Assembly: GCA_963924565.1 (NCBI GenBank)
Contig: OZ004608.1
Span: 26,412,001-26,476,000, forward strand
Direction of reading: 5' to 3'
Source of the DNA: Ascidiella aspersa
Lineage: Eukaryota
Length of the DNA stretch: 64,000 bases
The notes under the pieces are model-generated. The model was not told where the DNA came from. It saw nothing but the letters and a program-made list of their open reading frames with translations, and ran no database searches. The translations under genes were made by a program, and so were the position numbers. Shown piece by piece: positions 1 to 12,405 of this stretch (the stretch's first letter is position 1; each line of letters opens with the position of its first letter).

Positions 1-199
1 AAGCTTCAATTTTTTCTTTATACTCCATGTGGGTGTTTTTGTAGAAATTAAAAATGCTTTAAATGATTTTTGCTTTTGAGCACTATTTTAAGATTTAAAA
101 AAAAAAGAAAAAAAAAAGAATATTTTTAAATTACTGTATATTAAAGACTTTTAAAATGGCAATTTTTAAGAAGTTAAAAAACTTTATGTTAAAATTTAC

Positions 200-3100
200 C
201 AGCTGAGGAGGTTTTATTCGTTTCTTGAGAGGAACCAGGTAAGCTTGTTGAAGAATTTTTCTTTTCATAGTTCTTTAAAACCAAATAAAAACGACAGTGT
301 AAAAATTGCACAATTGGGTATAACATATTTCTAATAAAGTGATGATCAAATTTAAACAAAGAAAAGTGCACTTTATTTCCCATATTAGTAGGCTGGGAGC
401 AGGTTTAAACTACAAGTTTATATAAAACAAAAAATAAAGTAGTTTTTTTTAAATAAATAAAATACATCATTATCATATTTGTAATTAGATTTTCAGGAAT
501 TGAAAAATGGACAGGAATGTAAAAACGTCAACAAATCAGGATTTAAATGAAAAACCATACACACCATTTTAGCATCATATAACATAGAGTAACTCTAAAA
601 ACATATAGTTACAGTCCACAACTTTTAAGATTCCTGAATAACAGAACTGATTGACAGAATAAATACCTAGTTGCTGAATAAAGTTTACCTTAAAAACATT
701 ATTAATTTTTTCACTTAATTCTTTTGCACTGATTGTTCCACCAATTATTTCTAATGGAATCCCATCCTTTCCAATAACAAATGTAACCGGAACAATCATA
801 ACAGGGTCTGGAATGAGTCAATTGTTAAGTAATAAATTATTTCTATAGTTTTATTAAATTATTTTTGCAGTTTTGAAACTCATATACATTTTTACACATT
901 TTTATTTAATTTATATAAAGCATAAAAGGATACAAATTTCTGCAAATTGCTTCTGTGGATCACTGCAAAGTAAAATAAAAGGTATTTATAAAAGCAAGGT
1001 CTATAAATGTCGCAGAATCGTAATACTTATACTCTAAAAATCATAAATATGTAGCATATGCATATTTAGGAAAAAATCACTTTTGTAATCAATAAGTCAT
1101 TTAGCTTCAACATGTTTGGAGACAAAAAATTAACCTTCCATTTTCCAACTTGATACAAATGCAAGTTCGACTCAATATGCTTTTTACTTCCTCATTTTCC
1201 CAACACTGGTTCATCATTGTCTTAGAATCGTCATCATCACCTGTTTTTAATAACAAGAATATACATTTTTGAATAAAGAATATACATTTTTTGAATAACA
1301 AAATTAAAAATCTATAACCAATAATATAGAATCGAATCATCACTTTTTTGGTCAACTATGTTACTTACAAGCAAAATCTAATTGAAAAAGTTTACATTCT
1401 AGTTTATGATAAAGAATTTGCCATATATTGGAACAAAATAGAAAAAAAATTGTAAAAAAGGGAACCAATCTACTTGAAACTTTGGATATTGTGCGGGAGA
1501 AGTCTAGGCAGCTTAAAGTTGCACAGTTGCAATAAAGTCACTGCTTATGTTTTGCTAGCTGTAAAAAAGTTACATCTAAAGTTTGTACAGCTGTAAAAAA
1601 AAAATTGTTTAACTTTTTGCCACTGAATACATTTACTTCAATTTTTTGACAAAAGGTGGCTGTAGCTATGTCTATTACAAAAGATAGCAACTGAGTTGGG
1701 ATTTAGCTCAAGCCTAACTTTTGAGTCTGAATGAGGAGATTCTTATTTACTACACAATGTTGGAACCAGACTGAGTTTTATTTCACTTTTATCATCTCGT
1801 TTGTACAACACATGATTTTCAGGTAAAAACTATTAGTAAACATCAACACGGATTTAGGAAATATCACTCAACCTCACTTGCCACAACAGAATTATATGAA
1901 AACCTATTAAATAACCAAGAAAACCACAGATATAGTTGTGTAGTTTTCCTTGATTTAGCCAAGGCCTTTGATACCATAGACAACCAAATATTACTTAAAA
2001 AACTAAATCATTATGGTATTAGAGGCCCACCCTTGAAACTAATAGAAAATATTTTAAGGCAAAGAAAGCATAGTACAAAAGTAGGAAAAACTCTTTCTAA
2101 TCCGTCGATGCCTGTATGCGGTGTCCCACAAGGTTGTATATTAGCACCTCTCCTGTTTCAAATTTACATTAATGACTTACCAATAATATAAATTGTAGTT
2201 TATACGCAGATGATACTGTCATTTACTCTTCTAACAAAGACATAAAACAGCTTCAAAAAATAATTCAAATAGTTATAGAAAAAATTGACCACTGGTTTCG
2301 GGCTAATAAATTATCAGTTAATCATTCTAAAACACATTACTTGGTAACCAATTCAAATTGGGAAATAGAAAATCAATTCAGTATTAAAATAAGGGATAAT
2401 AAACTGAAACAGGTAAATTCAGCAAAATATTTAGGCCTCATTATAGATGATAAATTGTCATGGATACCTCATATTAAAATGATTGAACAAAAGATTTCTA
2501 GGGGAATTGGACTCTTATTAAAAATGAAATACTATTTAGACACTCATTCACTTCGCCTTTTATATTATAGCTTAATCAATACTCATCTTCGATATTGTAT
2601 TGTAACCTGGGGTAGAGCTTATCCAACTAAATTAAAACATCTTGAAGTACTACAGAATAGGGCAATCCAAATTTTAAGCGGCACCCCTCCTAAAACAAGA
2701 TTACTTCCATTATATCATAACCATTCAATTTTAAAATTGCACGACCTAACCAAATTGGAAATATTGCAAATAACTCATAACTTTAAAAACAACAAATTAC
2801 CAGAAACATTGGCAAATTTGATGGCCCCCCTAGAAAACTTACATTCCCATAATACAAGGCTGCGGGATAAACAAAACTATTTTCAAGTAGGCGCCTCTAC
2901 CAACTCAGGAAGAAAAACCATAGGATTTTTAGGGCCAAAATATTGGAAGAATTTAGATATAAATATTAAACTATTACCATACAAGTCATTTGTTAAGGCA
3001 ATTAAACTAATGTTGTTGAACTCTTACCTACGTAAAACACAAAATCAAAACAAACCCTAGGCAATTAAAAAGGTAAAATTGGCTAATCTGCGAAACAGGG

Positions 3101-4404
3101 GTAATAATGAAGTATTTTAGATAAGAAAAAAAACACGAGTTGAAATTTTAGATAAAAAATACTGCGTGCAATCAGTTCTGCATCAATGATTATTATAAAT
3201 CATAGCATTTATTTACAATGGGGGAGCCGGCTTAGAAGTAAACTGTTTATTAAGTTTCCAAATGTAACTCTAATTAGGTCTAATATAATGTATTTTGTTT
3301 TATATTTTCTGTTAATCATGTACTTACGAACAGTTCTTTTTGTAATATATCTTGTTTCGTTTACTTTTCTTTTTCCTTGTAAATATGCTTAGCCGTTCCC
3401 TGGGGTCTACGGACACTTTTTTTTTGGTGTTTGCATATAGGCCTATATACCGTTGTTCGGAAAGAATTATAAATTTATTTATCTATCTATTTGCCGTGGG
3501 CTCGGCGGCGTACCAGTAAAGTGTTTAAATAGGTTTTCAAATGTAACGCTAATTGTGTTTAATATAATGTATTTTGTTTTGTCATTTCTGTTCTGGATGT
3601 ACTTAAACGGACGTTTTTTTAGTTTTTGCATATAGGCCTATATACTGTTGTGCCGAAACAGCTTCAAATCTATTTAACTATCCCCCACAGTAGGCTCGCT
3701 GTGACCAGTAAAATGTTTAATAAGTTTTCAAATGTAACGCTAATTGTGTTTAATATAATGTATTTGGTTTTGTATTTACGAACAGTCTTTTTGTAATGTA
3801 GCCTATCTTGATTCGTATTTCTTTCTTTTATATGAAAAAATAATGAACTTGAATTGAATCACAGCCAGGGGGCAGCTGATTAGATGACTTAACAGTCTTT
3901 CGCCGCCCCCTGGGAACTACGGACGCTTCTTTATTATTTCAAATTTTGCATGCATGTACCGGTACCGTTGTTTCGAAATAAATTTAAATCTATCTATCTA
4001 TCTGTGAAATACATTGCCTAATTTGTGAACGCCAAAGATTTACGCCAGCATTTTTTAAGAAATTGTGCGCCAAAAGTGAAGATATCTACACCACAAACGG
4101 TTTTATCAATTATAAATTCGTTAGGCTGTCAACATTTCATGCCGAATGATGCTATTGGTGTAGTTTAGGGCTTCAAGCATTCCACGCCAAACCCAAGGGT
4201 CAAGTATTATTGTATTTATTTTCCTAGTTGGCAATTTTAAGTCTGTCTACTGCTTGCGCTACCGTGTTTATAAAACACAAACGTGGTAGGATTTTAAACC
4301 AGTGCCAAACAAAACACCATACCATTGATGTACACCAAAAACATTTTGTCATTGCTTCGTGCTGTTGCTATAGCTTCCGTAATTCCACCTTGAAACCACG
4401 TCAT
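200..4404 (-). CDS. UBXN4: UBX domain-containing protein 4, 5' exons (gene continues off the left edge)
   Basis: Exons 4323-4404, 1135-1240, 934-962, 689-807 and 200-272 splice in frame to MTWFQGGITEAIATARSNDKMFLVYINGDDDDSKTMMNQCWENEEV...QFAEIYPVMIVPVTFVIGKDGIPLEIIGG. This matches the recalled UBXN4 thioredoxin-like N-terminus (MLWFQGAIPAAIATA...IYPVVCVPSSFFIGDSGIPLEVIAG). Confidence 0.9.
808..933 (-). other. U12-type (minor spliceosome) GT-AG intron in UBXN4
   Basis: Donor GTATCCTTTT is the U12 consensus. Branch-like ACTTAAC lies about 17-23 nt upstream of the CAG. Splicing restores the EIY/PV frame. Confidence 0.8.
1825..4003 (+). mobile_element. 5'-truncated non-LTR retrotransposon (CR1/L2-group LINE), frameshifted RT, antisense within UBXN4 intron 1
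   Basis: RT motifs QHGFR, VFLDLAKAFDTI, GVPQGCILAPLLF, YADDT and KYLGLIID. Frame break near 2185, ORF2 stop at 3060, long 3' UTR ending in AATAAA plus a (TCTA)n tail at ~3978-4003. Confidence 0.9.
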
Positions 4405-5445
4405 GCTAGTATTTTAGAAAAGAACAAAGCAAAGCGACCAAAAAGTTTTCAGATTTCTACCGGGAGATTTTATTTACAATAGCTCCTGCAACGTGATATC
4501 ACACATGACAAACATTGAGTCATCATTGAAGAAATTAAACACGGAAAATTGTTTTGACTTTTTTTAATTTTATTAGTAACCGAATACCACAAATTTCAAT
4601 TTACAGTTGGCTAACCGAAATTGGCATTTGTACAAACGAAATAAGCAGAATCGTTTGTATAGTACCGCTTTCTAGTCATCGACAGTCATGCAGTGAAGTA
4701 TAAAAAGGCAGATCTAGATTTTATTAATGAGAAAGAAACATTTACTTTTTTCACACAAAATCTTAGTACACTAAATAAAGAGTATTTTGTCTTCATTTCT
4801 CTGTAATTTTGAAACTATTGCTCTTTGACAGTACAAAAACTTTTATATAAACAACATAAATGTCGATTTGTATGCAATCCGTTCTCTCGTTCGACTGCCT
4901 GAAGAGTGTATATTATATATCAAACTTACAAAAAAATATTTATATATGTGGTATTCCGTATATAATGTTTTTTTGAAATTAAATGATAAGAAACATCTTC
5001 CTGGTAACCTAAGATTTCTATAGAATTAGGCCTAGACAATGACTTTCATAAAATTGAAGATCTCAACCCAATAGACAAAACAAATAACAAAATCTAATAC
5101 TCGATATTGGTTTACAACAAATAGTTTGTTTGAAATATTGTTTTCTTAAAACTTAACTTAAATGTAGAACAAATCATGACAACGGCGATTTAGTAGTAGT
5201 AGTCCAACCAACCCAAATCCGACTCTATCGAATTAAATTGGACTATTTAGGAAGAAATAAAATGTTAATTTAAGGTTTTCAGTACCGCGAACAAATATAC
5301 ACCTTCTCAGTGTTTCAGTTAAACTATAGAAAATCCATTATTACTAGGATTTTCTTGGCTACAATAATTAGCATGCACTAGCCGGGATTTTGTTTGATGT
5401 GTAGGCTTAACTTTTTATTATCCGCATAACGTCGAGACTATAATT

Positions 5446-5736
5446 CAGTGTTTCTTAACCTTTTTTACGTGGGGGCGCAACTAGAGACGTATGAAAACGT
5501 GGCGGCGCACTTTATTTGTCTTAAATTGCCTGCATTTTTTTATTATATGGGTTTTATAGTTGCATATCTTTAAAGGGGTTCCAGCCTTTGAGACTAAAAG
5601 CGTTATTTTGTCCATAAAAGTCTTATTCCGATTAATTTTGGACTTATTTCGACATGTTTTTTCTTTTTCTCGCGGCGCACCTGGCAGCCTTCCATGGCGC
5701 ACCAGTGCGCCGCGGCGCACCGGTTGAGAAACGGTG
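5446..5736. mobile_element. hAT/Charlie-type MITE
   Basis: Ends CAGTGTTTCTTAACC ... GGTTGAGAAACGGTG, with degenerate 8-bp flanks ctataatt / ctataaga. Confidence 0.7.
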
Positions 5737-6003
5737 CTATAAGAGGTAAATTTCTTCGTCTTGTCTGTATGGATAGTTGGATAATATTATTCTGTCAGTT
5801 TACGAGCCGAGTTCCAGCTTACCTAGCCGATAACGAATATTCCAAAGAAAGCAAGAAATTACAGGACTATCACAGATAAACAAAACTAACCCTAAAGTGT
5901 TAACGAGAACAATTTCCATTGTTTACGAACAAATTAGCTTAACAATCACTCAAGGTAACCAGTTGCAAAATCAGAAAATTATTTTATTATTACACCTGAC
6001 AAA

Positions 6004-9000
6004 ATGGCATTTTTAAGCTCAAAGTTTTTAACGAATGTAATATTAGTGGTTTCGGCCTTAAGTTACGCCAAGTGTAAGTTTCTGATTTACCACAAAATGA
6101 GCAGTGCTGGATTTTGTTTGGCTGTTTTTCCGGAAAAAAATACATTTGTTGCTCAACTCAAAGCCAGTTGTCAGGTAGACAACGAAGCTTGGAAATGGGA
6201 AAGAATGAAAGCCGGCTTGTTGAGAAACGTAAAATACCAACGGTGTTTGAGCGCCACAGAAACGGGAGAGACCATTTCAAGCCGCGTTGAACTGCTTTCC
6301 TGTGACGTTCATAACGAGCTGCAGAAGTGGAAATGCACCACGGACCTTGCGCTAACGCTTCGAGGACAGAACGGTGAAGTTGTTTTTCTCGAAAGCCGCG
6401 TAGAAGTGACAGATTGGAGGGCAGATGAAGGGGTGGCCGAGGTTAGACCTCGCACCACCGGTTCCAAGTGGCTTCTATACAGCAGAGACGCGACGAACGT
6501 CGCTAGTTCAATCTGCGACGTTGCCCTCGTGGATTTTAAGCGAGAGACCGAAATAATAACGGGCGCCGAGGGAAACGTTGTTGGACAGAAGTGCGTCTTT
6601 CCGTTCAGACGTAACGGAGAGGAATCGTGGGGCTGCTTCGAGGACTCGCAGAACAGAAATATCTGTCCGACTACTGGGAACTTTGACGAGCACCCTGACA
6701 AGTGGGGTATTTGCCCAAACAACAAACGCGGCGTGTTTTCGACTTGGATGCCACCTTCCGTGTGCACGAGACCTTGCGGCGGGGGTCGCGTCAGGCAGCA
6801 GCGATTCTGTTTGTTCGAGCCATGCGTTGGCCCAAGGGAGGGAGGACCGCAAAGCACCGCGTGCAACACTCGGCCCTGCACAGGAGATCAAATTCTAACA
6901 GTGGGTGGCGATTCACAACGCTTCCCGGCTGGTCTTATGCCGGTCAGCGGCGACACAGTGATAGGGCAATGTCGCTTTCCGTTTGTCGCGGACGGCGAAA
7001 AGCGGCAAACGTGTATAACAGACCACCGCCGAAGCAGGCCGTGGTGCTCACTGACCGACAACTTCGACTCGCACCAGAAGTGGGGCTACTGCGTCGATGC
7101 GCTGAGGGGCGTATGGGGCAGTTGGGTGGAAGCGGGCGGGTGCACGCGCTCCTGCGGTGGTGGAAACATTATGATGTCACGCAGGTGCAGGGTGCCACCT
7201 TGCGACGGAGCGGAGACGAGAGTCGGGGGACACTGCAACATGAAGTCGTGCTTCGAGTGTTTCACAGACCGGGGTATAGCTTACAGAGGGACTGTTAATA
7301 TTGCAAACGACGGGACGCCATGTCAGAGGTGGGTTATCCATTCGCCCCACCAACACCCCAAAGAAACACAAGGGTTATATCCAGAGCTGGAGCAAAACTA
7401 CTGCCGCAACCCCGGTGGTATTTATGGGCAACCTTACTGCTACAGAAACAGCATGCGAGGTCCAGCCCGTATGTACTGTGACATACCGCGGTGCGGCGTA
7501 GATTTAGAACCAAGTCCAATACCTTACGCCATCCCTATACAAGTCAGTGCAAACCCATCAGCCGACAAGCCCTGTACATTCAATTATCAATATCAGGGCC
7601 AATGGTTGAGCGCCTGTAAGCTGGTAGAGGATTCAAACCCGGGTATGGAGAAATGCGGTACAGCAACGGGAGAGCTTGCCTTCTGCCCCTCGTCATTCAG
7701 AGGTACCTGGTCGAAAACCTACGCAAGCTACGGAGAGTGCGACAGGAAATGTGGCGGAGGCACGACTGTTAAGTTTAGAAAGTGCCTGTTTCCGCCGTGC
7801 TGGGGCTCAGCCCTTGATGTGGACAGCGGAGAGCCATGTAACACACAGCCCTGCATTGCAGAGTACCCGGGGTCGGGGGATTGTTTCACGGGGCGCGGAG
7901 CTATGTACAATGGAATGGTGTCACAAACAGTCACGGGCAAAAAATGTCTGCCGTGGAATCACGCCACCTCGTTCTACAAAGACCTTTTAAACCCACAAGG
8001 TTTACCTCGATTGACCGGTAACCAATGCCGCAACCCAAGTCCGGACATATACGTGGGGCCGTGGTGCTACTTGCCCGGCGGCGCGTGGGAATACTGTGAC
8101 GTCGCTAAGTGCGCATCCAGCGAGGGCGAAATATGGGGCGTCCCCGTAACCCAAGCGGCGGGGGTGAAGTACAGTCGATGCAAACTGCCCCGTCCGGACG
8201 ACGTCCAAAAGACCGAGGCCGGTTGCACAAAGTTGAGTGGCTATTCGTTTAGCTACTGCGTCGCAGAAGACGGTAAAAGAAGAAAGCGCAACGCCGCACA
8301 AGATGCAGATCGCGCTATCAGAGAAGGAGAGTACCTCGCTTGTCCGCAAGTCACCAGAGGAACCTGGTCTGCCTGGTCGCGAAGCAGCGGTTGTTCTGTG
8401 GCCTGTGGCGGCGGCAAAACAATGCGCTCTAGGATTTGCCTTCATCCGCCCTGTCAGCATGTCGAGGACAAAATCGGTAAGGCGTGCAACACTCAGAAGT
8501 GCTCCACCTGTCTAATTGGGACCGGTGACACCTACAGGGGCGCCGCATCGAAAACTTACCTCGGCACGCCATGCATCGCGTGGAGCGACATGGAAGACCA
8601 TAAAACTACGTACAAACCATCGTTGAAATCGGAGTTGCAGGCCAACCTGTGCAGGAACCCGGGGGGTCACCAAAAGCTGCCCTGGTGCTTCACAGGCATG
8701 AACGGGGAGATGTCGTACTGCGAAGTTGCGCATTGCAAGGACAGCCACTTACACACCATTCCCTACACAATACCTGAGGACAACCACCCCCAATCGGCGC
8801 AACCTTGTCACTTTCCCTACAAATACATGGGTCAATACTACTTCGGGTGTTTTCTCCCCAGCAAAACAAGCGTCCGCTACTGCTCCTTGAACGGCTCCCT
8901 GTACAGCGAGCCCTCATCGTGGGCGAGATGCCCAATGTTGTACAAGGGCAAGTGGACCGCTTGGAACAAGACCTCCACGTGCAGTGTTGTGTGCGGCGGT

Positions 9001-12000
9001 GGCACAACCATGTGGATCAGGGAGTGTCTCTACGCTCCGTGCGCGGGGGACAGAATCAAGCACGAAGGAGCCTGCAACACCAGACCCTGTTCTTGGGAGA
9101 AAACGATGCGGGAAAATGTGGAGTGTTTTATCGACGAAGGACATGCGTACACGGGCGACGTTGCTGTCACTTTGACTGGCCTTGTTTGCGAGGACTGGTC
9201 CGCAACCACGCATCCTCACCACTACGAGTCCGAAGAAGGCGGTGGGGTGAGTCTGGCCGGGCGCAAGTGTCGCAACCCAAGCCCATACGGGTACAGACTC
9301 GCGCCTTGGTGTTTCGTGAAAAGCGACAGTCGCACCTGGGAATACTGCGATATCGTGCGATGCCCGACGCACAAAGGCGGAATCAACACTGTAGGCGGAC
9401 CGGGAAACAATCGTCCGTGCGCTTTTCCTTTTGTGTCGAACAGCAGCTATCACCGCAGCTGTATTCGCGGCACGGTCCCGGTTCACCAAGATCCGCTTCC
9501 GCCCTACAACGCCGATTTGTTTTTCTGCGCCACAGTTCCACACGCCGACCAAGTGCCGACTAGGAGAGGCGACTTAAACTGGGGAGTCTGCCCGAACGCA
9601 AACGCTGGTGTGATGGGGGCGATGCAAGTTTGGGAAGCTGCATCCGAGAGCGAGCTGTGCACGAAGCTCTGCGGTGGAGGTAAAGTCAAACTCGAGTCTG
9701 TGTGTCGCATGCCCCCCTGCGCCCATGCGTCGCACCACGAAACAGGGGAGGCGTGTAATACTCAGCCGTGTAAGGAATGTTTTGAAGGCGACGGGACGAC
9801 ATTTCGCGGAACGCATACACCGTTGTTTCCCGACAAGTCGGTTTGTCTTGAATGGAGTAGCGTGTTGGTAGATGGAAGCAGAGAGAAGGAAGACTACGAT
9901 CGCCTGGACGTTTTGGGCGATTTGAGACACAATTTTTGTCGCAACCCTTACCCAAAAGTGCACAAGCAACCCTTCTGCCATACGGCAATCGAGGGGCAGG
10001 CGCAAAAAGTACAGCTATGCAACGTACCGCGGTGCGACCCTAAGGGCAAGGTGTACGGCGTAACTGGCGACATCGAAAACCCGTCGATCGAGTGCGTTTT
10101 CCCGTTTATGTACAACTTTTTCATGACGCAAAGTTGCGTGCAGTCTCGCGTGGACGACTCGATGATTTGTGGATCGCAGACTGGAATGTGGGATATTCTG
10201 TACGAGAACCTCCAAGTGATTTGCGACCCCAACTCGGCGGGGACGTGGGGTCCGTGGGGAAGCACCGGGAAGTGTACTTCCGTGTGCGGAGGAGGCAAAG
10301 TCGTCCATAAACGGGAATGCAGGTTAGCATTTGTTTTTTTCTCGCCATTTTTCGATACAAATATGATTGTGTACTTTTACAGCGGTAGATGGTTTAGTTT
10401 AAAATAAGAAAATAAAAAATATAAATTTTTGGGCATGATATTTTAATATGTTTTAAAATGCATTTTTACAAATAAATGCCATCGTACTTCCGACTATAAA
10501 ACTTGCGTTTCCACCTTGTGAACATTGAAATAGTCATTTTAAGTGATGATGATATACAAGCAGGGCTGCGGAATTGGTTAAAAATAACCCGATCCCGAGT
10601 CCCGAGTCCGACTCCGGTCAAATGTGCGATTTTTGTCGAGTCCCGAGTCCGGCCCGGACTCTACAGCCTGTATTTCACCATTTTACGGAAGTAAAATAAC
10701 GTTGATATTCAGCAATCCACTTATAGGGGTGTCGTATAATTTATTCACTCACAAAACATGGTTGGAAAATATTGCACCATATGATATTCCACCTTTACAA
10801 TTTCCATTTGGCGGCCATATCAGTTTTGAAATTCGGTACTGCGCATGCGCATGTCGGACTAGGGGCGGTAGTTTAACGGTCTTACTCGAGTCCCGAGTCC
10901 GACTTCAGCAAAACAAACCGACTCCTCGAGTCCCGAATCCGACTCCGACTCTGCAGCCCTGTATACAAGTACGTAAACGTCCTCCTAAAGATAAAATGGA
11001 TTTTACTGAATTTTTCCAATTTAGCTGTGCCATTTAAAGGTGATTTGGGTTTTGACTTTCTTCTCTTCGTACTTTCCCACCTGGTGACTGTTTTTTTTAT
11101 TTGAACACGACAAAAATTGTACCGTTTCCGTAGATACAAGCCTTGCGAGGGCAAGTCGGTCGAGAACTTCGGAACCTGCAACACTTTCCCGTGCGATCCG
11201 ACCAAGACCTGCCTGGACGTGTCGAACAGAGGCGAGCACTACAACGGCAACGTGCCAAGCTATAGCGAAGGACGCGACTGCGTGCCATGGACCAACCACC
11301 TTAACTACCGACAGTTGGTCAGCGAAGCGTCAGACCTAGATCTCTCGGGATCGGAGTGCCGTAACCCGAACGGTGCAAAGGCGAGGCCTTATTGCCTGAC
11401 CAGCGCTGCACAGGAGTTCGCATTTTGCTCAATCCCGCATTGTCCCGGCTCTGCGCAGGGGCCCATACTCGTGCCTGGTGCCGATTACAAGCAGCGTCCG
11501 CGCTACAACCCGTGCGTATTCCCGTTCGAGTACATGGGCGTCGTGTTCCACGAGTGCACCGACGCGTCGCGCATCGGCAAGGAAGAAGCACGCTGGTGCG
11601 GCACCGCGACCCCACTTGGCCCGTTTGACAACGAGTGGGGACATTGTCCGGAAAGCGCGCGCGGCACCTGGTCGTCGTGGCTCGCCGCCAAGCAGTGTAC
11701 AGCCAGCTGCGTCAAGATGGCGACCAGAAGCTGTCTTTATCCACCGTGCGTTGGTCCGAACGCGCGCGTGAGCGTAGAGTCGTGCGCGTCTTGCCGCCTG
11801 CCAGCGTGGGGAGAGTTTGGGATTTGGAGCAGGTGTGATCCATGCGTGGGCTTCAAGATACGCATTCGCACCTGTCAATTTGGGCGTGAGAAACTGGCGA
11901 GCCGCTATTGTGCTGGTAGCGCGAGCGAGTCCTCGTCGTGCGACTCGAACGACCACAAGCGCTGCAGTCTGCTGCACGTGGCTGGGCGTTTGACGCAAGC

Positions 12001-12127
12001 TGAAGTGGACGCGCTTACGAGAAGCTACGTCGCGTATAAGGGCGGCGGAGTCGAGAGTGTTTTCCGTCCGCGTGCGACGTTCTCTGCAATTGGCGTTTCG
12101 ACCCTCTTTTTATTTGCCGTAATATGA
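6004..12127 (+). CDS. ~1770-aa secreted/GPI-like mosaic protein: signal peptide, ricin-B (CysR) domain, 8 FN2, 9 TSP1 and 6 kringle domains
   Basis: Exons 6004-10322 and 11134-12127 (AG|gttagc...tag|A) total 5313 nt in frame. Motifs read directly: CysR FLIY..C..LQKWKC; FN2 CxFPF..C..WC..WGxC; TSP1 WxxW..C..CGGG..R.C..CNTxPC; kringle YRG..C..W..CRNP..PWC..YC.IP.C. Hydrophobic C-terminal tail with no cytoplasmic domain. Confidence 0.9.
10561..10961. mobile_element. hAT-type MITE (GAGTCGG subterminal family) in the mosaic-gene intron
   Basis: TIR CAGGGCTGC...GCAGCCCTG, exact 8-bp TSD TATACAAG, related copies at 25074 and 30255. Confidence 0.88.
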
Positions 12128-12405
12128 CGGGGAACTTTTTTTCGCGTTTTACTGCAGGTGACGTGTTTGTTTGAAATTCGATAATGTCGTTCATTTTTAG
12201 CGTTGGTATTTTTTCACTTACAGTACGGGTAAATAGACGAACAGTCGAACACCTCTTATCATTGGTTTATAAGCGAGTTGTACCTGGTTTAAAGCACTGA
12301 TTTGTTTTTTAATAAAAGCTTTACGTGCAATGATTTGCTCAATATAATTATTCCTTCACATAGTTATTGTAGTTAGTGTATTACAATTTTAATATTTTAC
12401 TTACT

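Noticed and set aside
6074-6110. GTAAGT possible donor just after the signal peptide
   Set aside because: The read-through sequence FLIY..C aligns with the start of the mannose-receptor CysR domain, so it is coding.
10323-10407. C-terminus of the 1467-aa ORF (LAFVFFSPFF...) as a membrane anchor
   Set aside because: Intron read-through. Splicing to 11134 completes the TSP1 domain.
10624-11037. Similar short ORFs at 10624 and 30316 (SPESG.D.TA.ISP) suggesting a gene family
   Set aside because: Both are translations of the same MITE family.
6058-11998. Many overlapping alternative-frame and antisense ORFs inside the mosaic gene
   Set aside because: Expected shadows of a GC-rich coding region; no recognisable motifs.
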